IMG/VR virus record: IMGVR_UViG_3300045051_000172
Span: 1-64,000 of that record
Source: a virus
DNA: 64,000 bases
Strand: one strand, 5' to 3'
Below the pieces are notes generated by a model, which saw only the letters and a program-made list of their open reading frames with translations, made no database searches and had not been told where the DNA came from. The position numbers and the translations under genes were made by a program. Shown here piece after piece: positions 1 to 7,759 of the stretch (position 1 is the first letter of the stretch; each line of letters begins with the position of its first letter).

Positions 1-117
1 TTGACCGTTAACGATTAGTTGAAAGCCTCGGCTGATGTAGTATCGGATCGTTTCTTTACTCATGGCTTTGAATCCGACTCTCTGACCTGTTACTCTAATT
101 TCGACTTGTCTAATCAT
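1..117 (-). CDS. hypothetical protein, partial (runs off window start)
   Basis: ATG at 117 with AGGAGA RBS upstream; open frame MIRQVEIRVTGQRVGFKAMSKETIRYYISRGFQLIVNGQ continues to the window edge. Confidence 0.5.
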   Translation of the reverse strand, partial: MIRQVEIRVTGQRVGFKAMSKETIRYYISRGFQLIVNGQ

Positions 118-160
118 GTTACTGTCTCCTTGCACTCATACAATGCAAACCTCGTGCCAA

Positions 161-186
161 ATACCCACGAAATACCCAAATTCATT
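161..186. promoter_or_regulatory. conserved 26-bp element, copy 1 (tandem ATACCC half-sites 11 nt apart)
   Basis: ATACCCACGAAATACCCAAATTCATT; 22/26 identical to 57268-57293. Confidence 0.55.
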
Positions 187-410
187 AATTGCTAATTATT
201 TTCAGCACTTAAGGCGGCTACCGTAAAGCGTTGTAAAGTATTGTCACGCGAAATGTGACCGATTTCTGTCCCTCAAACGACAATTTTCACCCATAGATAA
301 ACCCCCGAACTCCCTAGCGAATCCGCCTCAATCCCTCTAAGTATGTGGAATAATAGGGCCCTAAATTGTCACTTCCCGGGGAACTCCCCTATAGAACAGG
401 GAGAGAAAAT

Positions 411-1500
411 CTTGCGCCTTAACGCGATATTTTCCGACTTTCCTAAGGGCCTAATAGCGGGGGCGCAGCATAGGCGACTCTGACTCCTAAACTCATACTC
501 TTTACTTTCAGGAATAGGGCCGACACCCTTGCGCCCCTGTCTCTCCCAAGGCAGAAGTGTTGCGCCTATAGTGTGCAAAGCATTTCACACCTTATAGCTC
601 AATTTCGCATACGCACGCTTGCGCAACCTTTGCAGAGCCCCATGATAGACTTATAAAGTATGCGGACCATAGATGGTAAAAAATGTAGAGTTTGCGGTAA
701 AGTCAAACCTTGGGCCCAATACGGCACTTATAAGGGCCAACCTAATATGTACCCCTATTGTCGCAAATGTAACTACGCCTATGTTGCGCAGTCTCTAAAG
801 CGGAGACGCAACCTTGACGCTATTCCTAAAGCCCTAAAGCATGACCTAAAGAGCATGATGTCAATGCAGCTAGAACGCCTAATGCGAGACCTAACCAAGG
901 CCACTGACTCGTCTCTGGCGAGACTCGTCTGCGTTCCCATAGAGGCGCAGGAAAGCCCCACAAACGAAATTATAGAGCTATGGCGCATCCTAAGCGGGCC
1001 TGAGGGTGTTGCGCCTAGTGAGCTTCTGTTACTCTCCTTTAGGGGCAAATTAGAGCCTATTCACTGGGATTGTCGCACCATAGCAGCTCGCATTATAGAG
1101 CTGGGCTATAAGATCCCCACTAGACCTAGCGCGTCATTCCATCCCTTGCCTATGCCTAGGGGTCACACTTGGGCCTCTCTCGGAATAGTGGCCTATCAAA
1201 CCTATAAGACTTGGGCTGTATTCAAAGGGCCTAGAACTCCTATTGAGGGCTAAGGTTGGATTGAGGGAAGTCGAAGCGAAGCGAGACGGCCCGGCGTGCC
1301 CTTATAACCCATCCCCGCCCCGTCAAAAGCCCGCCGCCAAAAATTTGACGCGGAAGCCTTGTTTTTTTCTTTATTTGTACAAAGGGGCCTACACATCACC
1401 CCGGTAATATTTTTCCCAAGTATGAGGTAATCTATACCAATCTAGTATACATTTACCGTTATGGTTCCAAATATATGAAATCATATATCCTGGGGCGCAA
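411..1500. repeat. cluster of TTGCGC motifs
   Basis: TTGCGC at about 412, 529, 560, 619, 784, 1009 and reverse at about 1495; exact 12-mer GTGTTGCGCCTA at 557 and 1006. Confidence 0.5.
660..1253 (+). CDS. hypothetical protein with N-terminal zinc finger
   Basis: 197 aa ORF; CRVC...CRKC pair near the N-terminus. Confidence 0.6.
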   Translation: MRTIDGKKCRVCGKVKPWAQYGTYKGQPNMYPYCRKCNYAYVAQSLKRRRNLDAIPKALKHDLKSMMSMQLERLMRDLTKATDSSLARLVCVPIEAQESPTNEIIELWRILSGPEGVAPSELLLLSFRGKLEPIHWDCRTIAARIIELGYKIPTRPSASFHPLPMPRGHTWASLGIVAYQTYKTWAVFKGPRTPIEG

Positions 1501-1574
1501 CCGTGTCGGAGTCAGGGGCCCCCGTCAAACTACCCCCGGCGGCTCTTTTCCTCCCGCAGAAAAAGGGGACCCTA

Positions 1575-1603
1575 TTGCTTTTCCCAGGGACCCATAATAT
1601 TCT
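1575..1603 (+). promoter_or_regulatory. sigma70-type promoter, probably leaderless transcript
   Basis: TTGCTT-N17-TATTCT, then 6 nt to ATG 1610; no SD. Confidence 0.5.
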
Positions 1604-1609
1604 GAAAGT

Positions 1610-1942
1610 ATGTTGAAGACGGAGCAATATAGAAATCTTCCCAAAAGGTCAAAAAGGGCCCGAGATGGAAACTATATTGGTTACGATGCGATTCATCGAG
1701 AATTCTTTGAATATGAGACCGAATTCGTTCAATCAGAGCCAGTTCAATTTAACGGAGACCTAGACTACTTTTCCATCTCTCCTGAGCCAATTTCTCTGGA
1801 AGGAAACCTCTATCGAGCAGTTTCTATTCACGGAGAAAGGAATGGGCACTTCACCTACTACCCTCCCATGCACGAAGCTCCTTATGAAAAATTGACTCGA
1901 AATGGAAATCTGAAACGAGTGAAGAAAGACTGGGGCAGATGA
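1610..1942 (+). CDS. hypothetical protein
   Basis: 110 aa ORF, first of an ATGA-coupled run. Confidence 0.7.
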   Translation: MLKTEQYRNLPKRSKRARDGNYIGYDAIHREFFEYETEFVQSEPVQFNGDLDYFSISPEPISLEGNLYRAVSIHGERNGHFTYYPPMHEAPYEKLTRNGNLKRVKKDWGR

Positions 1943-2076
1943 ACACCTGCTCTTCTTGTGGCTCTCAAATTCCCGCTCACCAAAGTACCTGTTCCATGTG
2001 CTACGGGGATTCTTCCCACGGTAGTGATGGATATTATGACCGGCAAACTGAGAATCGATCCGAGGAGGATTCATGA
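1939..2076 (+). CDS. small zinc-ribbon protein
   Basis: 45 aa MNTCSSCGSQIPAHQSTCSMCYGD..., two CxxC, ATGA overlaps at both ends (below the ORF-track cutoff). Confidence 0.55.
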   Translation: MNTCSSCGSQIPAHQSTCSMCYGDSSHGSDGYYDRQTENRSEEDS

Positions 2077-2288
2077 CTCGTTTCAATGGAAAAGAAGTAT
2101 TTTACGAAGTAGACCAAAATGAGATTTTCATCCGGCTCACCCATAAAGACCTACCTCTTCTTTTCGATGACCGAAACCGCTTTAATGCATTCGACGATCA
2201 TCCCGGAGGCGTATTTCACGTCATCGGCGTAAGACTTCTGAGAGAAGGAATAGAGCAGGGTCGATTTGTTCGATTGGGGCGGCTCTGA
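2073..2288 (+). CDS. hypothetical protein
   Basis: 71 aa ORF, ATGA-coupled. Confidence 0.6.
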   Translation: MTRFNGKEVFYEVDQNEIFIRLTHKDLPLLFDDRNRFNAFDDHPGGVFHVIGVRLLREGIEQGRFVRLGRL

Positions 2289-2292
2289 CCCC

Positions 2293-2321
2293 TTGACTCA
2301 AATCCAATTCCGCGATAAATT
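2293..2321 (+). promoter_or_regulatory. sigma70-type promoter for tRNA-like RNA
   Basis: TTGACT-N17-TAAATT; predicted start falls at about 2328. Confidence 0.65.
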
Positions 2322-2327
2322 GAAATT

Positions 2328-2495
2328 GTTACTGCAGTGTGGAAGGACATGCAAGCCCGGCAAGATGACTAGGGTCAGGTGATAGCATCGTAGAGTTTAG
2401 CGACTCCGGGTCGATTAATATCAGTTCTAGCGTAGGAAAGTCTCCGGAGCGGACCTACGATAATCAACAGCCGGTGTCGAGTCCGGTCAGTAACG
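2328..2495 (+). ncRNA. tRNA-like RNA with a ~118-nt structured insert in place of the anticodon arm
   Basis: 7-bp acceptor GTTACTG/CAGTAAC; D-arm GTGT-GGAAGG-ACAT; T-arm GCCGG-TGTCGAGT-CCGGT abutting the acceptor; promoter directly upstream; no encoded CCA. Confidence 0.6.
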
Positions 2496-2607
2496 CTTTG
2501 AAAAAGATTCTCGTGCAACGGGGTTTGTTATCCCTGCTTGAACCAGCGGCATGGCCGAATAACACTGGGGATAGGGTAAGACGAGGATCTTTTTGAGAGG
2601 AGAGCGC

Positions 2608-2850
2608 ATGGCTGATCTTATTCCAACAACTTTCGCTTCTAAATTCGGATCTCACGGTCATTCCTTTTGGCGTGAAGGAAATCGAATGTTCATCTCCAGA
2701 GACGCAGCCAATCCCAAAGACTTCCCGGCGGGTTTCCAAGTAAAGATGGAAACTGAAGTTCTTAAAGTCGATTTCGACGGACACACAATCCACACATACG
2801 AGGTTGAAGGCTGGGTTAAATTCATTTCTCCGGAACTCGCCTGCACTTGA
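2608..2850 (+). CDS. hypothetical protein
   Basis: ATG 2608 after GAGGAG RBS; 80 aa. Confidence 0.65.
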   Translation: MADLIPTTFASKFGSHGHSFWREGNRMFISRDAANPKDFPAGFQVKMETEVLKVDFDGHTIHTYEVEGWVKFISPELACT

Positions 2851-2875
2851 CGTGGTTCAGGTCCTAAGGTAAATT
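2847..2875 (+). promoter_or_regulatory. sigma70-type promoter, probably leaderless transcript
   Basis: TTGACG-N17-TAAATT, then 6 nt to ATG 2882. Confidence 0.6.
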
Positions 2876-2881
2876 CAACCT

Positions 2882-3235
2882 ATGGATGACATTCAAAGAT
2901 TGAGCATTGAGAAATCTAAATATATAACTCTCCCTTCGGGAACTTATGAAATTACCTGTCATGTTTCTTTTAATTCCTGGCTATCCGAAGCGATGCAAAA
3001 TGGCCTTCAAACGCTCGTTATGAAAAACGTAGAAAGACTGGCTCAACAAATGATCGACGAAGAGGCGGCTCCAAAAAGCGAAGTTCCAGTATTTTTAAAT
3101 CCTCCCAAGCGAGCAGACATTGCCGATGCGGTTGATTTAACATTTCACAAACCCGGCGGCAAATGTGATTGCGGCGGGGAAAAAACAAAGTCTACCCACT
3201 ATAGTTGGTGTTCCTCTGGAAAGGGAAATTTATGA
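2882..3235 (+). CDS. hypothetical protein with C-terminal Cys/His motif
   Basis: 117 aa; KCDCGG...HYSWC. Confidence 0.7.
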   Translation: MDDIQRLSIEKSKYITLPSGTYEITCHVSFNSWLSEAMQNGLQTLVMKNVERLAQQMIDEEAAPKSEVPVFLNPPKRADIADAVDLTFHKPGGKCDCGGEKTKSTHYSWCSSGKGNL

Positions 3236-3543
3236 TTAAATCTCAAGCCACTAAAGAAGCAGAACGAGATGAAGTTTTAGACACTCTTCAAAGAGCCCGG
3301 GCCGATTTAATTCGATTTGCAGAAGCTGTAGCTGATTCTTTATTTATCAAAAATGGAACTGTGACCTCTACTGAAGTTTTGGATTATTTAAGAACAGAGG
3401 AGTCTCCCGAAATTAAACACGCTCTATCTTCTGTTGATCCTAGATTTTTAGGTGCCGTATTTCGAAAAGGAAAAGGGTGGAAACGACTAGGTTACGCCCC
3501 GACAGGAAGTCATGCTCGTCCAGTAGCGATTTGGACCAAATGA
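3232..3543 (+). CDS. hypothetical protein
   Basis: ATGA-coupled start at 3232. Confidence 0.7.
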   Translation: MIKSQATKEAERDEVLDTLQRARADLIRFAEAVADSLFIKNGTVTSTEVLDYLRTEESPEIKHALSSVDPRFLGAVFRKGKGWKRLGYAPTGSHARPVAIWTK

Positions 3544-3553
3544 AAGGAAATTT

Positions 3554-3979
3554 ATGATTCAGTACATTGCCTTAGGCTTGGCCCTAGATGCAGAAGGAAA
3601 ATCGTCAGCAGCAGTAAAGAAGGCCCGAGAAGCCAAACGCTCTGCAAGACAAATCGGGATGGACCCCTTCGTAATTCTTCGCCCAGTAGAGTTGGAAACT
3701 GTTTGGGTTTCCAGCAATCCAAAAGTCAAAGGCTGGAGACAATGGTTCACTCCAGGAAACTACAAATCTGTTTTAAATAAAGAACCAATTGCCACGGTGT
3801 CGATTCGCCGCTCAGATATTCTCAGCATTAAAGAATATTCAGACGGGGACGACAATCCCTACGTCTACTTGAGAATCAGCGAAGACGCTAAAGTTATGAT
3901 TGGGGACGATCTCTATATCGGTTTAAAAATTCCAGGATCAGCCAATAAAATTCTAAAAGTATTAAATGGAGTTTCCTAA
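3554..3979 (+). CDS. hypothetical protein
   Basis: 141 aa, AAGGA RBS. Confidence 0.7.
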   Translation: MIQYIALGLALDAEGKSSAAVKKAREAKRSARQIGMDPFVILRPVELETVWVSSNPKVKGWRQWFTPGNYKSVLNKEPIATVSIRRSDILSIKEYSDGDDNPYVYLRISEDAKVMIGDDLYIGLKIPGSANKILKVLNGVS

Positions 3980-3980
3980 T

Positions 3981-4571
3981 ATGAAAAACAGTTATCCACA
4001 TAACCCAAATGATGATTTGAATGTTGTAGATTATTTCCAAACCAGGCTTGATGAAGTCGCAAATCTCCTAACTGCGGTTCAAAAAGATTTGGCTCAATTC
4101 GGCTCCAAGGCTCGTCTTGATCGAGAGATGGAAGAGCACTTAAATGAAATCGAAGGCACCTTTACCGCTCGCTGGGACGCTGTTCGAGAAAGACTAGCAA
4201 ATGTTGTTGATGCCGTCACTAGAGTGAAACACTATTCTGAAGCGGTTCGAGAGAATCCCAAGGGACATCAAACTACTTGGACGACTGACGATAACGGCTA
4301 CACTTTTGCTTACGCCCAATTCCCAAGTACCTTAAAGAATCTGGCAAAGCGGCTCCTTGGGAAGCAACAGGATTTCAATGTGGTTTATTCTTTTACCTTT
4401 ACAAACAAAGAATTCCGAGATCACATTTTGAATGCGGCTCGACCAGACACTCCCTCCGAAGAGAGCCCTAAAGTTCCCTCAGAAGCGAGAGAAGATCTTT
4501 CAAAGCATTTCAACGCAGTCTCTGCGGCTGATGTCTCTGCTGACGCCGAAGCCGACAAGCATAAGGCATAA
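3981..4571 (+). CDS. hypothetical protein (coiled-coil N-half)
   Basis: ORF with GGAG RBS; helical heptad-like N-half. Confidence 0.7.
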   Translation: MKNSYPHNPNDDLNVVDYFQTRLDEVANLLTAVQKDLAQFGSKARLDREMEEHLNEIEGTFTARWDAVRERLANVVDAVTRVKHYSEAVRENPKGHQTTWTTDDNGYTFAYAQFPSTLKNLAKRLLGKQQDFNVVYSFTFTNKEFRDHILNAARPDTPSEESPKVPSEAREDLSKHFNAVSAADVSADAEADKHKA

Positions 4572-4573
4572 CC

Positions 4574-4792
4574 ATGGATCACTATCCTCCGCACATGGAA
4601 CAGGTCATTGCGGCCCCAAGGAAGAAGCCAACACATCTTCAGCGCTTCGCCATAGGAGATATGTTTCGTCTTGATTCCCCAACTACTTTGATGATTGAAG
4701 AAACTCAGTTCACCATTTATCCGGGACTTTGGTATTCCTCAGTTAAAGAAATTCAAGGAATTGAGCATATAGTAGTTGAGAGGTTAAAGTAA
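4574..4792 (+). CDS. hypothetical protein
   Basis: 72 aa ORF in operon context. Confidence 0.6.
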   Translation: MDHYPPHMEQVIAAPRKKPTHLQRFAIGDMFRLDSPTTLMIEETQFTIYPGLWYSSVKEIQGIEHIVVERLK

Positions 4793-5076
4793 TGGGTGAC
4801 ATTTTAAAATTCGGTCGAGGCCCAAAATCCCCGAAGCCAGAACCAAAGAAAGATATGTTTAATCCTTTGCGCGTAATCCTCGCGATGGCATTTCTTTTGT
4901 TGATCGCCACAAGTTTACTTCCGTTCTTTCTCGTGTACGGAATCCTGTACGTTTTTCTCCCAAAGGCATCTAAGGAAGATTCCATGATCTTGATTGGAAT
5001 AGCGAATGCTTATCTGATGGATTTCTTGCGCAGCGTTGAAACCGGCAAGCGAGTTTTTACTGACGTTGATCGCTGA
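4792..5076 (+). CDS. hypothetical membrane protein
   Basis: long hydrophobic stretch VILAMAFLLLIATSLLPFFLVYGILYVFL. Confidence 0.6.
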   Translation: MGDILKFGRGPKSPKPEPKKDMFNPLRVILAMAFLLLIATSLLPFFLVYGILYVFLPKASKEDSMILIGIANAYLMDFLRSVETGKRVFTDVDR

Positions 5077-5480
5077 AAGAAGTATTCTCGGTGTTCTCGT
5101 TCAACCATTGCCAATTCTTTTAAAATCAATTTAGTTCTTAGGTCAGAAGTGAACTTCGAAACGAATTCGTAATTCACAACTCCTAGAATTTCAATCATGG
5201 CTGCCCCGAGCATGGGAAGCCTACGTCCTAAAAAATGGCAAAGGGAACCCATTAACTTCCCTATCATTTTAAAAATCAGATCAATGAAAGGACTGGGAGA
5301 ACTTTCCAATTCCGACAAAAGCAAAGACAGCATGTGTCGATGTTTTAATTCTTGAAACTGAATAAATTTTACTTCAGAAATTTCTGTTGGATCGGAGAGA
5401 GATTTCCAATGACCTTCATAAGCATGGTAGGCCCCAATCTCGACTCCATGGGAAAGTTTTAGAAACAATTTAAAAAGCAT
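5010..5480 (-). CDS. ferritin-like di-iron protein, demethoxyubiquinone hydroxylase (Coq7)-like family
   Basis: E..GA...YEGH, ExxH (ELKH), E, ExxH (EREH) ligand pattern on a four-helix layout. Confidence 0.6.
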   Translation of the reverse strand: MLFKLFLKLSHGVEIGAYHAYEGHWKSLSDPTEISEVKFIQFQELKHRHMLSLLLSELESSPSPFIDLIFKMIGKLMGSLCHFLGRRLPMLGAAMIEILGVVNYEFVSKFTSDLRTKLILKELAMVEREHREYFFQRSTSVKTRLPVSTLRKKSIR

Positions 5481-5483
5481 AAA

Positions 5484-6017
5484 TTAAACTTTTCCTCTAA
5501 GCTGTTTTTGATACTCTCGGATAACCTCGTTGGGCAATCCAATTTCGTGGCTGATGCGACTCAGGGGAATTCCCTGTTTTAGAAGTTTAACAACTTTATT
5601 TTCCGATAGGGAATAGTGTTCTTCTCTCGAATAGGCTCCGCGAGCATGAGCGCGTCTAACTGCGTCGGCATGGAATCCGTATCTCAGATTATCAACTCGA
5701 TTGTTTAAATTGTCTCCATCAATGTGTTGAATGACTTGATTTTCAAATTCTTTAGGAGGTAAGAAGGCCTCAGCTACTATTCGATGAACGTAATGAACAC
5801 GAGGCTTGCCATTGGTACTCAAACAAACAACTGGGTATCCTTGTCGATTCCCAACATTTGAAATTATGCTTGAATGTACTTCCAAAAACTTCTCTTTGAA
5901 AGTCATTGGAATTCCATCTTTACGAAGAATTGTTCTGGCAATTCGTTTAATTCGACCTAAGTTGGAAACTTCAAGTCTCCCCTCAAAGCCTTTAACTGGT
6001 CGCCAGATTTCGGTCAT
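5484..6017 (-). CDS. NUMOD4-HNH homing endonuclease
   Basis: EIWRPVKGFEGRLEVSNLGRIK (NUMOD4); VHRIVAEAFL and HIDGDNLNNRVDNL (HNH). Confidence 0.85.
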   Translation of the reverse strand: MTEIWRPVKGFEGRLEVSNLGRIKRIARTILRKDGIPMTFKEKFLEVHSSIISNVGNRQGYPVVCLSTNGKPRVHYVHRIVAEAFLPPKEFENQVIQHIDGDNLNNRVDNLRYGFHADAVRRAHARGAYSREEHYSLSENKVVKLLKQGIPLSRISHEIGLPNEVIREYQKQLRGKV

Positions 6018-6148
6018 GATTTCTCTTTCTTCAAAAGCTCAGATGCAAGGCTTAAAAACTCTTCCTTCTCGGATTCCGTCATGGGGCGGATAATTTCATC
6101 CAACTCTTCTTTGGTATAAATTTTGATTCCAGGCTTATCCTGCGACAT
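6014..6148 (-). CDS. small hypothetical protein
   Basis: ATG 6148 with GGAG RBS; 44 aa, coupled to the HNH gene. Confidence 0.55.
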   Translation of the reverse strand: MSQDKPGIKIYTKEELDEIIRPMTESEKEEFLSLASELLKKEKS

Positions 6149-6986
6149 GATTTTTCTCCATTCCTTTAAGGGCGTCCACAATATGTCGGACGAATGGAAA
6201 GAGTTGACCGCCAAGCGCCTTCTTGGTAATTCGTACCTCGTCTTCATCCGCACCGAAAGACTGTCCTTCCGCTTCCAGATCGGCGACGTAATCTTTGCAT
6301 ATTTGTGGTAAAGACTTCGGGTAATCTCGAAGGTATTTTTCGTCACGGGAAAGAAGCTTCTCTAGGCGAATAGGTTGTAACAAATAAGTACAATCTTTTG
6401 TGACAGGTTTTTCACTTGGAACTCTTACTCCGCCCTTAGTCCATTGGGTCTCTTCGGCATCGAAAACCTTCTTAAAGCGAGTTCCGAACACAGTGACTAC
6501 GACACCTTCGGGTCTCATAAATCCCGGGACTAGTTTGGACCCCTTCTCTTTCAAATCGGCCATGACTTCATCGAGTTTTTCCAGGTTAAGTTCGCCTTGA
6601 TAAAGCACCGGAACTACCATCATTTGTTTCGGGAGCGCTCTCTCGGGAGGATATTTCCAGAAGTCAAATAAAACGAAAGTCTTTTGAGTAAGACCCTCTG
6701 AGGAATTAATTCCCGGTCCTGCCCATTCACCGAAGTGGGTTCCCATTCCAAGCTTTTCAATAATCTCCGCTTCATTCTCGCGCACATAACGGGCGAAGCC
6801 AAAGTTATCGTCTTCAGGATAGATCCATTTGGTACGAGAGCCTGCGAGGACTTTCGTCGTAATCAAAGGCGCTCCTTGAGTATCTTCGAAGATCGTGATT
6901 TGGGCATTGGTCCCATGGATCTTCTGAGTAATCACCATTTGAACTTTTTCTAGTCTTTCAATTTTAGGGAAAGCTTTGAATTCCAT
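6135..6986 (-). CDS. RNA ligase, Rnl2-like
   Basis: motif I QKIHGTN, GEWAGPGI, FD, EGVV nucleotidyltransferase motifs. Confidence 0.8.
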   Translation of the reverse strand: MEFKAFPKIERLEKVQMVITQKIHGTNAQITIFEDTQGAPLITTKVLAGSRTKWIYPEDDNFGFARYVRENEAEIIEKLGMGTHFGEWAGPGINSSEGLTQKTFVLFDFWKYPPERALPKQMMVVPVLYQGELNLEKLDEVMADLKEKGSKLVPGFMRPEGVVVTVFGTRFKKVFDAEETQWTKGGVRVPSEKPVTKDCTYLLQPIRLEKLLSRDEKYLRDYPKSLPQICKDYVADLEAEGQSFGADEDEVRITKKALGGQLFPFVRHIVDALKGMEKNHVAG

Positions 6987-7550
6987 TTATTCCTCCTGAC
7001 CATCGATTTGAACTGGGATCGCTCCCGCAGCATTTAACTGAATGGGGCCTCCCGCAACTGCGTTTGGATTTACTTCGTAACCATTGGGAATTCTAATTTG
7101 ATAATTAGCATTTGCGGCTCCGCCTCGAACAACATATTGAAGTTGTCCTTGACCATTCACGATTAAAGCTCCGTTATCAACGGCAAGATTTGCGCCAATC
7201 TGAAGAGCCTGTCCGTCAACCATTTGTATGTTGTAGTTAATTTGAGCGGGCTCTACTTGAAGTTGATCTGGATTTTCCAGACGACGCATTATGCCATCCC
7301 AGCTAATGGTAATAACCGAAGATCCTCTATACTTCATTCCTTCGGAAACTGAGTAGCCTAAATCTTTAAGAACTTGTTGGACTTCTCCTCTATTGTCATG
7401 AGCCGGGCCTCGAAGGTCTACGGTACAATCTCTCCCTCCGACAAATGCTGCGGCTTTGATTGCTTTCATCACATAAAATTCAACAAAGGAATGCGCGTCA
7501 AAGCGTCCTTTGTTTTCTAAAGCAATCTTGGCGACATTCTCAGCGTTCAT
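6987..7550 (-). CDS. hypothetical protein
   Basis: 187 aa; low-complexity N/Q/G/A C-half. Confidence 0.65.
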   Translation of the reverse strand: MNAENVAKIALENKGRFDAHSFVEFYVMKAIKAAAFVGGRDCTVDLRGPAHDNRGEVQQVLKDLGYSVSEGMKYRGSSVITISWDGIMRRLENPDQLQVEPAQINYNIQMVDGQALQIGANLAVDNGALIVNGQGQLQYVVRGGAANANYQIRIPNGYEVNPNAVAGGPIQLNAAGAIPVQIDGQEE

Positions 7551-7759
7551 TAACTTTTGCCTTTTTTATCCAAACAATCTTTGCAAGTGACTTCTTTTGA
7601 TTTCCAAGTCGAAGCATAGGATCGAACGAGATTCACTTTCTTACCGCATCGAATTCTCACATGGCGAGGCCAAGTGTACCAAGGACCTTTATGTCCACAG
7701 CTTCTACATCCTTTTGGTTCAGTAATTATGGTGTCAAGTTTATGGACTATCTTCTTCAT
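7550..7759 (-). CDS. small Cys-rich (zinc-binding) protein
   Basis: ATGA-coupled to the ligase stop; CRSC...C...CKDC. Confidence 0.6.
   Translation of the reverse strand: MKKIVHKLDTIITEPKGCRSCGHKGPWYTWPRHVRIRCGKKVNLVRSYASTWKSKEVTCKDCLDKKGKS

Noticed and set aside
2500-2590. HDV-like (theta) ribozyme after the tRNA mimic, suggested by TTCTCGT
   Set aside because: The flanks cannot form P3 (AGA versus GCA) and no P1/P2 nesting was found
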